DNA from: Chromera velia
Lineage: Eukaryota
Direction: 5' to 3'
Assembly: GCA_018398765.1 (NCBI GenBank)
Contig: JAHBMJ010000380.1
Location: 1-49,006 of the forward strand
Length of the DNA: 49,006 nt
The translations under genes and the position numbers were made by a program. Below are positions 14,490 through 27,381 of the stretch, one piece after another (within the stretch, counting starts at the first letter, position 1; each line of letters starts with the position of its first letter). The notes beneath the pieces are model-generated. The model saw only the letters and a program-made list of their open reading frames with translations. It had not been told where the DNA came from and searched no databases.

Positions 14490-16014
14490 TTCTGCACTTT
14501 CCGTCATTTTCCTTGTGGCCTGCCGATATGACCACTGCAACAGATCCCTCGTTCCTCCTGCACTACTGCTCAGCTGCATCGTGCCTCACTCCCCTATCCG
14601 TCCCACTCCCAGGAGAGAACACACCATCACTGCTCCCAAGGCTCTCATCTCTGTAGCTGCGGAGCTGACGCACGCCTACCACCTGCCCGTCCCACCCCGC
14701 AACTACTGCGCGGGGCCTTGTGCATAGTGCCCGTAGCTGTTCAAATGTTTCCCGGTCATTCCACTTTGTCAAATCCAGATGATGGCCTGCCTGGCGAGTT
14801 TCGTCCTCGAATGTCACAAATGGACTGGGCAGTCTCCGGGACCCTCTAACCGTATGATCACACAGCACGATACACGTGCCAGAGCGAAAGTCGGGGTCCC
14901 ACACCAGGCGAGTACAGAGGTGGAGCAAACCCCTGAAGACAGCCAGTCTCTCTCCTTTGAGCTCATGTATAGACTCAATCGTTTCAGTCTGAACACACTG
15001 GACGTCCAAAATCTTTTTCAGTCTCTTTCGGCGGATGTACGCAGGCCTGTTTCTTAGCCACCGGCACCACCAGCAGACCCCACATACAAGGGCCACCGAC
15101 AAGAGGACCACCGTCACGGTGAAGCCAACAAACCAGCTCATGTAGGGGAAAGGCCTACACTCATCCTTTGAATGCTTTGCCCAACACTTCGTTTTGCGTT
15201 TCACGGCGGTCCAATACAGTCGAAAGAAATGCAAGAAGTCGAACCAGCCTACCCAGGAAGACCGGTACTCCGCACAGGCTTCTTGTGGTGTGATCTTGTC
15301 AGTCAATTGACGGCAGTACTGCGAAGGCCAGGGAGGGAAATCATCATAGTCGACATTGTTGTCCACACAGCACGGCTGCAATTCAAGGGACCCCATGCCC
15401 GTCTCCTTTTCTTCGGGAGACGGGACTTTCCGACAGTCAATACCAACGTCTCGAATGCAACATCTCAACTTTTCTTGGGCTTCTGCTGATTTTTGGGATC
15501 CCGAGCAGCACGGTTGTCTCGATTGCTTGGGGAACCAATGCGTTTTCTCCGACTTTTTGGGCACAGTCACATTGAAGGGAGGCATCAGGGTGCGACCGCA
15601 CTTGTGGGCCTCTCCGTGGGTCCCTGGCCCACAGCATTGAGAGCCACACAGTGGAACCTCACGTCTGCAGCAGCTGAAGGTGCAGTGCTGTGAAGGAGAC
15701 CCATCGCACTTCCAGTCGCTCTCAATAGACGGGTCACAACAGCACTTGCCCTTATTCTTCTCGATGAGGGGAGGGAGACATGAGGTTGCATGTACTCCCT
15801 TCTCAACGCACTGGAAAGGGACTGTGGCACTTCCAAGAAAAGAGGCAGGGATATCATCGTTCTCAGGAGATGCAAGGAAAGGAACAGGCAGGCAGCCACA
15901 TAGCGGTGGTCCTGAGAGAAGGGAAATGATAAGGAGACTTGAGAGAGGAGACGGGGGCCTCCCTCCGTCTCTCTGAAAGGCCGCGTTCAAAGAGGAAAGC
16001 GGAAACATATTCAC
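14490..16014 (-). CDS. Single-pass membrane protein: Cys-rich ectodomain, TM helix and cytoplasmic DisA_N/diadenylate-cyclase-like domain; in-frame TAG at 14563-14565
   Basis: The 483-aa ORF 16014-14563 has a hydrophobic N-terminal stretch (LSSLLIISLL), many CC/CCC motifs, and a TM segment (WFVGFTVTVVLLSVALVCGVCWW) followed by a basic stop-transfer (RRKRLKK). The tail VFRGLLHLCTRL..GTCIVLCD..ALCTRPRAVVAGWDGQVVG..GVRHDAAEQ*CRRNEGSVAVVISA follows the DAC fold motif order. The domain call was made by eye. Confidence 0.7.
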
Positions 16015-16468
16015 ACAACGAATGAAGAAGCGTAAAGGAACGTGAGCCAGCCGCTGAATCCTTCACTGTGATTTGGTTTACTGTCGTTCCAGCAGATGTT
16101 CATCCTTTCTGACACCGCGACCTGGCATCTTGAATGCTGCATCTTCGGCCGCACGCCCCTTCCGAGCTATATTAGTTTGGCTCATTGGCCCCGGAAAGAC
16201 CGATCTAACCACGAGGTCGTTCGCACGGAGTGCTCAATTCATAGTGGCACGTAATAATAATTTTCATGCAAAAATCGGGTCTTCATTCTGATCGAATTCA
16301 GAACTTGGGAGTCATGCAGGACTCTCAAAGTATATAGTGGGAGCGAAGCTGTTCGAGAAGATGCTTCCTGTTTGCGAATTTGAAGTTCGAATGCCCCCCA
16401 CCTCTGTCAAATCACCCTGTGTTTGCTGTCCCTGTTAATTGTTCAGGGGCAGAAAGCAGATCCTTCCG

Positions 16469-17877
16469 ATGGCTGACAAGAATCTTTTACCTGTTGCTTC
16501 GAAGCAACAGCAGCAGTCTGATCCTTGTCTTCAAGAAAGTCAGGAGGAGGAGGCATTTCGAATTGCCAACACCTTCATATCAGGGGAGCCTTACAAGAGA
16601 CCACAGCTGCAGAGAAAGAGCGGCTCTTGTCCTGACATACCTGACCCAGAGGAATTTCTCGAAAAGCAATTCAGTGCTTTGTGCTATCGCCCTTCTCAAG
16701 GTAGCCAGAGCCAACACCAGCTGAAGGCGAAAGACTCAGAGAACCCGGGAGAAACGGGTCAAGCTACAGGAAACGCGCCAGGAGGATCTGTGGATGGCGT
16801 TCCGACACAGCCCAGCGCCCCTCTTTCCGTTCCAACCACTCCACTTCCAGATGGCAGTGTCAAACTACCTGATGCCAGGCCAACTGTTGTCATCTCTCCC
16901 AGATCTTCTGGTGCTGTAGGCTTCCTGGGTACCACTCTTCATGACACAGTGCAGGTGGCATCGGATGAGCGGGTCAGGCTTGGAAATCGGGTTGGGTTCA
17001 TGTGAGAGGGTCGAGACGGAGGGGTTCTCTGTATCTTTTGGGCTGAGAGTTTTCCCTTTTAGACTCCTTGAAAGATCCTTCTTTCCCTCTTTTTTGGGCC
17101 TTTCCTGCTCCACCTTACTCTCTTGTGTTTGCTTCTCTCTTTTTCTGCCTCGAAAAGCTTCGAGACTGGGTGAAAGCAAATTGACTGACCTGGCTGGCGG
17201 AGATCAGTTTGACTGACCTGGCTCCCCGCTGTTTGTCGACGCACGCACCCTGTGGTTCGTCTCCTCATGCCTTGTCTACTTCCTGGCGTCCTCGTCCTGT
17301 CTATCATCTTTCTCGATCCTCCTTTTGTTTTTGTCATGCAGGGCAAGAGCTGTGTCACCTACCGCCCCCTCAGCCCGAGCAATCGAGGAGGCGGAGGCGC
17401 CTGGCGGGGCTCTCGCACTGCGCCCCCTGCCGACTTTGGCTCCCCCCCCGAGGAAACTTCAGGCAACGGGGGACCTGTGCGTGCGAAGTCCCACTCTCCT
17501 GTGCTCGAACCCTTTCAGCCTGTCCCCCTGCAACAACTGGAGGACGCAGAGATTGTGGATGCAGAGAATCATTGTGTCAAGCCTGAGTGCTGGAGTGCCC
17601 AACTGGAGGCGTTGGTCCCCAGAGACCAGGAGGGCAACTTGACTTCTTGGGGGTCCAGGGCCCACACGCACATGAGGTGTCCGTGTTCAGGGGAGGGGGA
17701 GAAGGAGGGAGACGAGGAGGAATTGGAGAGGGAGCCTACCTGCAGACCCTGCGTGTTCGCACACACACGGGGGTGCAGAAACGGAACGCGATGCCTTTTC
17801 TGTCAGTTTGAGTGCAGTGAATGTTTTTTTGCCCACTCATTCTTTGTGTCTGGACTGCATGACTCTTTGATTCCCTC

Positions 17878-17926
<49 letters not shown>

Positions 17927-19893
17927 TTTGTCCAACTTCCTTCCTTCTGTTGTCTTTTCCTTCCTGGCGGCAATGCATGGATGTCCTTTCAAAATCGTTT
18001 CCGCTTCATATTCGATCCCTTCCCCTGCACACGTACACACATGTGCAGGTCACTTCAAGCACGCTCCAAGGAAGCGAGTGAGAGTCTCCAAGAAGAAGAG
18101 GGCGGAGGCGCGGGTGGGTCCTTTTTTCACCTTCCTTTCTGTCACTTTGTTTGTCTCGTCTTGCTGTCCATGACGGTTTTCTTTCGGAGAATCCTACTCA
18201 CTCCCCCAGCGGCATCCCCCTCATTTCGTCTTGCAGTTTTCCCCTCATTCATTCCTTTAGTAAGAGTGCCAGGCAGCTGGAGATACGTCTTTCTGTCTGT
18301 CCGTCCGTATCACCGTCCATATCAAGTATGTTTTGATGTCTCTGTGTTTGATGCATGTATGTATGTATGTACACATTGCAGCTTGCCAAACAACTGGCTT
18401 TGGCAGCTGGGGACCTGACGCCTGCGGTATCTCCTCTCGCGGGGGGGGCTGCGGCTGCGGGAGCAGCAATGGCTGCTGCTGCGGCTGCTGTTGCCTCTTC
18501 CGGCGCGGTTTCTGTCTACTCAGGAGAGGGCGAGGCGGAGAGCGAGCAGCCTCGGAGGGAGAGCACCAGCATCAGGGGGAAGAGCGCGCCTCCATCAGAG
18601 AGACCACATGCAGAGGGAAGGAAAGCGGCCAACGTGACGATCAGTGTGCCGTCGTCCACTGCAACTGGGGGACCGCCCCGAGTGCTTGCAGGGTTGGCAC
18701 TGGATGAGCTGAAGCTGGAAGCACAGAGGACGGCACAGGCCCGCATGGCGGCCTCTGCGGGACTTCCCGAGTCCCCCATGAGTGCCGCAGGGGGGGGTGT
18801 GGGAGTTGCAGGGGCAGAGGGGGGGGATCCTAGAGAGCAAGAGCAGGAGAACAGAAGAGGATCAGAGAAATTTGGGATCACTCCGGAGATGCTCCAGGCC
18901 CTGGCTGTTGCACTTCCACCCGAAGGGATGCAGAGGGAGGGGGGAAGTCAAAAAGAAATGGAGAGGGAGAGAGAAAGACTGAATTTCTTTCGACGTGCAC
19001 AAGCTGCGACATATGCTTCTGCACTTGCACATTCTCCCTCTCCCGGTCTGTCCCCCTCTGCCCCTGCAAGTCCCCTCAAAGGCCCTGGAGGAGAGAGTTT
19101 CTTCCTTGGGGGTGCACACCCACAGACACTGCATTTGCCGATGGATTCAAGCATGCAGCAACAGTTCTCCCGGGGAGACCTCTCGCCCTCTTTGTTCATC
19201 TCACATCCACCCGGTTTCACCCCTGCCGCCAGTACACAAGTCGACCCACAGATGGGGCCAGGGGAGTTCTTCATCCCCGCAGCCTCTGGATCAGGATTCC
19301 ACAATTCCTCCTTCCTCGGTGCCCCCTTTGCCCCCCACGGCGGCGTCTCCTCCCAACTCGATAGCTCGGCCTTCCAGGTTTCCCTCCCTCTTCTGAGCCC
19401 CCCCCTCTCGGCCTCCTCTGGTACAGTGGGAACTGCCGACGCTTTCCAGGGCCAAAGCGTCCTGGCCCTCCCGACCATGCCCCCCCACAGTCCCCACAAC
19501 GCAGCAGCACGAAACATGTCGGGCCCCGGACTGCTGACCGTCGGTCACGGTCTTCATGGAGCGTCACCGGCTGTTCTTTCCCCTGCCCACGTGCATCAGG
19601 CAGCACAGATGGCAGGTTTGATCTCGTCTGTGTTGGGATCTCCTATCGCAGCCACACCGTATTTCTTGGGGGGGCACCAGGGACACCGCACCACGTCGCT
19701 TCCTCCTGCGAGAGATGAAGCAGGGGAGGGCAGCGGTGGAACAGAGCCGAGGGCCCCGGCATTCCCCCCCGCAGAGGGGGAGGGGCTCAATGAGGAAGAG
19801 ACCCAGGCAAAGGCACCTGAGGATACAAGGGAGAGAGAAAGGGCCCAAGAAACAAGACAGGGTAGAGCCGGGGGGGGGAGGGGGGACCATTAG
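16469..19893 (+). CDS. NTF-motif CCCH (C-x7-C-x5-C-x3-H) zinc-finger protein with a low-complexity C-terminus (paralog B)
   Basis: Exons ~16469-16972 (donor uncertain), 17342-17801, 18049-18113 and 18382-19893 splice in frame. They give SWGSRAH...TCRPC-VFAHTRG-C-RNGTR-C-LFC-H-FKHAPRKRVRVSKKKRAEARLAKQL. The N-terminus has FRIANTFISG and RKSGSCP. The start codon is uncertain. Confidence 0.8.
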
Positions 19894-20363
19894 TTAGCGT
19901 GTTGTCCTTTGTATTGACTGAATGGGGTCAACTTGGGAATTCTAGTCCGACTGTGATGAATAGATAAATAAGAATTCTTCCTTCTTTCCTTCCTCTGTTA
20001 GTGACTGCCTGTCCTTTGTCCTTTCTCTCTTTCTTCTGCTCCCCCCCTTTCCCCAGTTGCATCTTCACAGCTGAAACGAACAGAGTCGGGATGCACGACC
20101 AAAGGTGTTTCAGAGAGGCAGAGAGAGAGAGAAACAGGGAAGCCGTGTGTGGGCGATCAGAAGCTCCATCCCTGTCTTTGTTGAGCTTCGTGCTGCATTG
20201 CGGCGTGCATGTGTGTGCATCCATCCATGCGTGTTCCATGGAAAGGGAAAAGGGCGAGAGTATGAGCACGCAGGTGTGTGTGTGCGTGTGTGACTTTGTG
20301 TGCGCACCTTTAATGAGAGAGAAGGGGGATTCTGCACTGTGAGTGGGGAGTTCCCTTTCTCTG

Positions 20364-20437
20364 TTCACCCATCTGTGAGTGCGTGTTGTGCTCCTGTGTG
20401 TTCACCCATCTGTGAGTGCGTGTTGTGCTCCTGTGTG
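20364..20437. repeat. Perfect 37-bp tandem duplication
   Basis: ttcacccatctgtgagtgcgtgttgtgctcctgtgtg occurs at 20364-20400 and 20401-20437. Confidence 0.9.
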
Positions 20438-21439
20438 TCCGTTTCGTTTCTGCATGCCTTTGTGTCTGTTCGTCTTCGCAGATGCTCTGCACGTCTGCGT
20501 GTATGTGTGTGCGTGTGTTTGCCTACATGATTCAGAAGTTTCGCCAGCCATGTTTCCATGCATGCGCGCGTCCTGCAGACGAAGTTTTTTTGTGTGCATG
20601 CATCCAGTGGGACGAAGCAATGGAAGATGAACGGATGACATGATTTGAAGAGAAGTGGTGCAGTAGAACAAAGTGAATGCATCTGATGATGGGTGTTTTG
20701 TTTGCATTCGCATGTGAAGGAAGAATCAACTGACTACTGTCGTACTTAAATGCTGTCCTCTGCTGTGGGCTGCCGACTCTCTCTCCTTATTTCTCTTTTC
20801 CGCTTTCTGTCTGTCTCAGTGCATGTGTGCCTGCGTCTGTCTCTTCTCCTGTGTTTTTGAAAATGAGCCCAAAGAGATACCACCCGGCCATGTAGACAGA
20901 AAGAAGCTTTGAGTCCCTTGTGCCACTCAACAGCACGCCAGAAGACTGCAAATGCATGTGGAATTGATGCGGCACAACGGCTCATGAGTGCAGTCGCCAA
21001 ACAAACCCCAAAGGTTTTCTCAGCAGTCTGCCAGAAGGGTGTGGAAGTGGAGTGCAGAGAGAGGGGGGGAAGGAGGGAAGAGAGACGAGGAAAGAAGAAC
21101 GAGAGGAGACGGGAAAATGAAAGAAAAGCTCCAAGAAAGTCTGGCAGGACTCTGGTCGCAAAGCCTTCAGGCTGACAACAGAGAGACATCTTGGGGCCTG
21201 CTTTGCCTGGAAGGGTTAGCTTAGACGAGCAGCAGCTTTTTTGTGTTCCCCCTTTAAATTTTCCACCCCACATTAAATTCTCTCTCTGAGCTTCAAGAAG
21301 CTGGCAGGAGATCCACCGCGTAGAGTAATCGACAAGCGAAGGAGCAACAGAGGGAAGCAGTATGGGGATGGAACAGAACCTAGAACAGAACACGATGTCC
21401 GTCTCGCGTGCAAGCACGCCGCCGGGGGGGAAAGCGGGG

Positions 21440-21458
21440 NNNNNNNNNNNNNNNNNNN
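21440..21458. other. Assembly gap (N run) within a poly-G tract
   Basis: A run of n is flanked by G homopolymers. A single n also occurs at 3291. Confidence 0.95.
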
Positions 21459-22939
21459 GGGGGGGGGGGGGATGGAGGGGATACTTCCAACACATTTGAA
21501 TTTGATCGGATGGGAGAGAAGCTATAGGAGAAAAAGGCATACCTGCACATGCCTACCAGAATTCAGCATTAATTGATGAAGAGTCACTTGATTTTGATGT
21601 ATTGCTCTCTCTGCAAGTAGTCACTGTCAAGTTTCAAAACAACCTGCATGCTAGCCTGCATGCCATGCAGTGACCCACTGACTTCATAGAAAAAAACAAT
21701 TCTGTGAGTAACTAGGTAAGTAATAGACTGAAAGATCGATTCGTCAGGGAATCGATGTAGAAGAGCAAATTTCGCCTCTAAATCTGCCGGCTTAGACCTA
21801 GGCTTAGACTCCCAGCTGTTAAAAGCCTAGTACTACTCTTTCAAGTTTTAATAATTAAATTTAATTGGTTTCTACAATGATTTACTACTCCTTTTACTAA
21901 ATGTTATATATATATGTCACACAATTTTTAATATCATGATAGCTATAGTCTATAGATATTATAACAGTTAGGGTTGGATTCAATTTATTTAGTATTTAAT
22001 AAAATACTTAGAAATACTTAATTGATTAATGCATGCCCGATCACTTTAGAATTTAAAGGAGTAAAAAAAACGAAATGTGTAATTTAAAATTTACTTGAAC
22101 CCCTGATTTCTTAGCCGATTTCCCAATTCCTAACGCCAAACGCTCGGCATTGGGACAGAAAGCCAATCCTCCGCCGGACCTCCGGACATTCATCCTATCC
22201 TATTATATCCTATCCTATCACAGTACTAGCAGCTACATCTTCAATTAGGAATTCGATGTAACAGAAATTTAAATTTTTAAATTATTTTTTTAATTGTAAA
22301 TTCACAAAACTTATATGAAGTATGAAGATTACTATAATAATAGCTTTAACCTCATACATTATCATTATCATTATTACTATACCACTAGTACTACCAGCTG
22401 CATAATAAAAACTGAGTAGACTGCACTGGCAGCCTGACAGCTAAAAACTAGCTAGGCTAGAAGATCGCGTTAAACTTATTGAAGATTAAAGTTAGTCAGG
22501 TTCTAAAATAAACGTAAGCTTTCAAATCAAATACAACTTTATATGCAAGTGTTCACACTCATATGTAAACTGATTACCGAGTCAATGTGAAGCGAAATGA
22601 ATCCTCGCACAATTGTTGAGGGCGCCACAGATCCTTCCACTTCGAACGCCTTGGCTCCTGCGGAGTGCGAATGCAATCATTGATTCACCACATCGTTAGT
22701 ATGAAAGGATGATGAGATAACAAGGCATTGGAGGTTTAACATGCAGCAAAACTGCATCTATACTTTGTGTAAGGAAGTTGTCCTTCGCTCACACGAAGGC
22801 ACAAGAAGACACACGGGTAGGTTAGGGAAGAATGAAAAAGAAGAAAGAAAGTCCGTGTTCGAGAAAGAAAAGAAAGTATTTTCCCTCAATCTCTCCCCCC
22901 TCACTCCCCCCCTTCTTTCTTCCCATTCATGTTGCTTAC

Positions 22940-25255
22940 CGGTGGACCGTTCCCGTCGTTGCTCCTTCCGAAGGCGAGTCTTCGGTCGAGATCGGAGACT
23001 TCTTCTGGAAGAAGAGGAAGGCCAGGCCCCTTCTTTGAGGACCTGCAGGGGAGGGGAATGAGGGCAAGCGGAGACGGGAACACACATCACCGACAAACAG
23101 CAAATGCATGAACATCTTCTACGAGACATGAGAAGAATTCATGCTTATATCGATACAGACACACGCATGTGTTTTCCGTGCTCCTGCTCTGTCTCTCTAT
23201 TTAGTCCCTTTTCTGTTTGGGGTCATCCATCTCTCTCTTGTCACATCTGTCCGACCTGCAGAAGAGAGACGAATACACCGCAGGGTCTCTCAGACGGGGG
23301 CTGTTCGGGTCTCCGTTTGCCCTCACTCTCTCCTGCTGCTCCTCTGGACTCTCTCTTATCATCCTCCCGATGTCTTCTCGAGTCACCGTGCGCACAAAGG
23401 CGAAGTCTCTTCCTCTCCCATCCTCGCGTACGCCCCCGCCAGAGAGGTCGACAAGCACAGGGTGGCCTCTCTCGCAGGGCCTCTGGCGAGTCTGTCGGAA
23501 CCGGAGCTTCATCAGCGCAGCCCTGTCTCTGGCAATGTGGAGATCTGTGAGCGTGCGTTGGGCACTTGCCCTCTCTGCAGACAGTTTGCATTCATCACAA
23601 AACCCTGTGTTCACAATTCGTGCGTGCATGTGCGTGTGTGTGTGATTGATCTCCCCTGTTTGAATGCTTGCGCCAGCCTGAAGCTTCACCCGACTCTGTC
23701 TATCTCTCCGATTCGCTTTTTCGAAGTACACGGCGTCGTAACACAAAGACTTTTTACGATTCACACTCAGAAGATTGCAGCCCTCGCGTAGTCGGGAAGT
23801 TAGGAGTCCGATCACCTTTGTATGTTCTGTTGCAAATAACGTATTGCCACGTAGAATATTCACGCGTCTCCTTTGAAAGCAAAGGCTTTCAAATTCATAC
23901 AGATGCTCTGCTCTCAGCCACATACCTTCACTGCCGTCCAAGCAGTGCCGAAGCAGCTCGGTCTTCTCAATTGTCTCGGAAATCACGCCTGCATGCACAG
24001 CAAAGCAAAGCAAAGCAAGGCAGACCGAGCTAGGACATCTGCATGAACACTTTCAACGAATCTTTCTTTTTATATGTTCGTCTGTTCTGTTTGAGTCAGC
24101 GTTCTCTCGGCCTAAGCAGTCAAAACTCCAAAATTTGAAGGGAAAGAAAGAGGCTTTCGCGAGCTATGCCTTCACTTGAAGCCAAGGCATAAAGTAATTT
24201 CAAATTCTAGCGCTCTTGACCCTTCAGTCCAAAACACAGATCTATGAGGTTCAATGGGCAGAAAGTCCATCAGACCAGGACAGAATCGCTATTCACGCCT
24301 GACCATTTCTTCGGAGTGTAATCAGGTCGCATGCCCTCGAAATGCAATACCTGCAGGGACAGGGACAACACAGAAAGAGGTATGTGGCGAAAGCAAGGAG
24401 ACAAAAGACCAAAGCGACAAAAGGGCTCTCCTGGCTCTCACAAAGAAGCAAACCAGAAGAGGCGCAGTAAAATGCAAAAAGGCACTCAAGAGAAGCGATT
24501 GAAAGGGCAGACAACCAGGAAAAACACACATTCATGCGTACATACCACTTACTTACAAGCAGATTACATACAGAGACTGACGGACACACAAGTACAAAGA
24601 TTCGCACAGATGAAGTAGGCCACATGCAATCAAACAAGTAGCCCGCCACTCACGAAAGATTTGCAGAGAATAGCAACAGACCGACCTGTCAGGTCTCCAT
24701 TTGGCTCTTCCTTTTTTGTTGATAAAAACGAACTTGGTTTTCCCCACTTCCAACCCCCCCAGCAACAAAACGGGTGCCGCGTGTCCACTTCTGTGGGCTT
24801 CGTCCACTGCTTCGCTTTTCTGCTTTCCTCCTACCACTGAGGTGCAGACGTAGCCGTATCGTTTGTGGAGACCTCTCTCAATCTGCAATTGAGCGCAATC
24901 GGGGCTCAAATGAAAGGCTCAAATGATTTGCTTACTCAAAACTGAACGGATCCATGTACACAAAAAAAAACGGTGCATGGAGGTCCTCTTTCAATTCAAT
25001 GCACTGCAGGCAGAAAACAACATTCTTAACGATCCAAACTGACAATTCTGCAAAACTGGTCGTCCGCACTACATGACATCACACAAACACTGACGCACGC
25101 ACGCACCTGCAGAGGTCCAACGCCCCCTCCAGAGACCCTCACCCCAGAGGCAGCTCTCCAGTCAATCACGCCCTCGCGGTCTTCTACCTCAACAATTCGG
25201 ACCTGCAACAGGTGAGGACAAAAACGCAATAATAATCTGAATTCTTTCAAGCTTC

Positions 25256-25296
<41 letters not shown>

Positions 25297-27289
25297 AGAA
25301 AGAAAGAAAGAAAGAAAGAAAGAAAAAAAAAAAAAAGGAAGACCTCTTCACATATCTGCGGTCATGCCTCCGGGACGTACAGCCTATACACAATGATGGA
25401 AAAATCAGATTGCGAGAACAAGAGGAATGACGCAGCCTTTTGTCCATGTATCGATAGATTCAGAAGACGTGAGTGAGTATTGACTTCAGCAGAAAAGAAA
25501 ATACTCTTCATCCAGACCTCACTGACCGACCAACCATTGCTTGACCGAAGGAGACAGGAAGGAGACCCATGTGGACCGTCAGGGCCAGCTGAGGAGGAAA
25601 ACAGGGGGAGCAGTTCTTGGGGGATTGAGCAAGTGGCTGGGCATCAAAAGAAAGACGAGCATAATGCTTGCTTGTCACCTCATTATGCAGGGCTAGGATT
25701 GTTTTCTCACAGGTTTTTGAGTAGCAGAGGTGAGAGTGGAAAAGGGTCAAAGAGGCAGCATAGAATGGAAGAGAAGAAGACGACATACAGAAACCCCCGA
25801 AGCAAGGGGGTGGACAAACTCACCAAAATAAAAAATGAAGAGAAAATCTCTGTGAGCTGTGAATGCCAGTGGACAAATCAGTCTGTGCTCAGGATCAGAC
25901 CCAGAAAGAAACGACAAAAGAAAATAAAAAATAGAGTGCCACATGAGCTCAAAGCAGTAAAGCACACACAAGCTCCCAAGATAAAGCATTCCCCTAGATC
26001 ACAATACGGAGACCTTCTTCGTGATTACATGAACGAGACAAGTTGCGCTACCTCAATCCTTTCTTTCCTGTCTCAGTAGTCATGTTTACGTTTACCCTGC
26101 GTTTCCTCTTCGCGCTCTCTCTCTTTCCATTTCTTTGCACTCACAGAATGTGACATTCTTTCTGCAACATAAAAACAAAATCAGACAGGAACCTTCCAAT
26201 GCCTTTATCTAGTCCGATCCGCAAAGTCCCAACACCTCTTTCCACCCACCTGCGCAGGAAGCTCCCCCTCGGCATCCGACCCTCCATGATATGCCGACTG
26301 CACAAACAAAGACCAGAAAGAACCCATGCAGCAAAAAGTACACAAGCTTGACTGACAGACAGATAAATGAAAAGAGAAGTTGGACGCATGATTGATTGTA
26401 GAAACTGATTCCGTAATTTTCTTTTGGTCACCTCCATTCAACCAGAAAGAGTGAATGTCAGAAGTCGCCAAAGAACGCAACTCGTTCTTGTTGAAACAAA
26501 ATCCCCCCACGGACAGCGACTTGAAGAGAGACAGACTGACGTACCGGTGGCGGCAGCCAGACGGCATCAACATCCAGGAAGTACTCCATCTCTCCCACCG
26601 GCACAGGACGGGGAAACTCCGCAACGATTCTGTGCTGCCAGGATACGTTCCTGTTCTTTCCAGATGCCAACAGAATCTGCAGACACAGAGAGAATTGAGG
26701 GGAAGCACCCAAGAAGAAAACAGACGAAGAGATACGGGGGAAGAACCGGCACGAGTAGAGCGCACTGAGTGAAAAAGCCAGAACACCAGTGACCGTTCAA
26801 GAAAGGACCCTAATTTCACCCAAAAATCCCACAAGAAAACAATCAAGGAAGGAAAAAAGCACTTTCTCCCCTTTCTTCCCTCTCAAAACTCACGTCTGTT
26901 GTCCACACTCCTCCTTCCCTCGTGTTCCCCCAAGTGCCTCTTCTCTGTCTGTTCTCATTCTCCTTTCCTCCTTCTCCCCTTCGGGAGCAGTCAGGACAGA
27001 GGACGCCCTCTTCAGGAACCAGGCCCGACGCACAGAGGGGACACGTGAACGAAGAAGGGCCCCGGAAAGATCCTGTCTTTGCGGGAGAGTGAGCTTCCGT
27101 GGAAGTGTAAGCAGGGGGGGGGCTGCGTGGGGGGGCGGGATCGCTTTGGCTCTTTGCAGGCTGTTGTTCGACTTTGCTGCTTTCTTCTGGAGGTTTCGAA
27201 GAAGACTCCGGATCCCAACCGAGAAGGTCCAGAGGGGACACCTCTGCGCAAAACATCAATGAAAAGATAGGGCATGAACAGCGCGCGCG

Positions 27290-27321
<32 letters not shown>

Positions 27322-27331
27322 TACACACATA

Positions 27332-27381
<50 letters not shown>

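Noticed and set aside
20364..20437. 37-bp repeat as a CRISPR-like array
   Set aside because: There are only two adjacent copies with no spacer and no cas genes, in a eukaryotic context.
20746..21540. 264-aa minus-strand ORF
   Set aside because: It spans the N gap and low-complexity tracts, and has no recognisable domain or coding-like composition.
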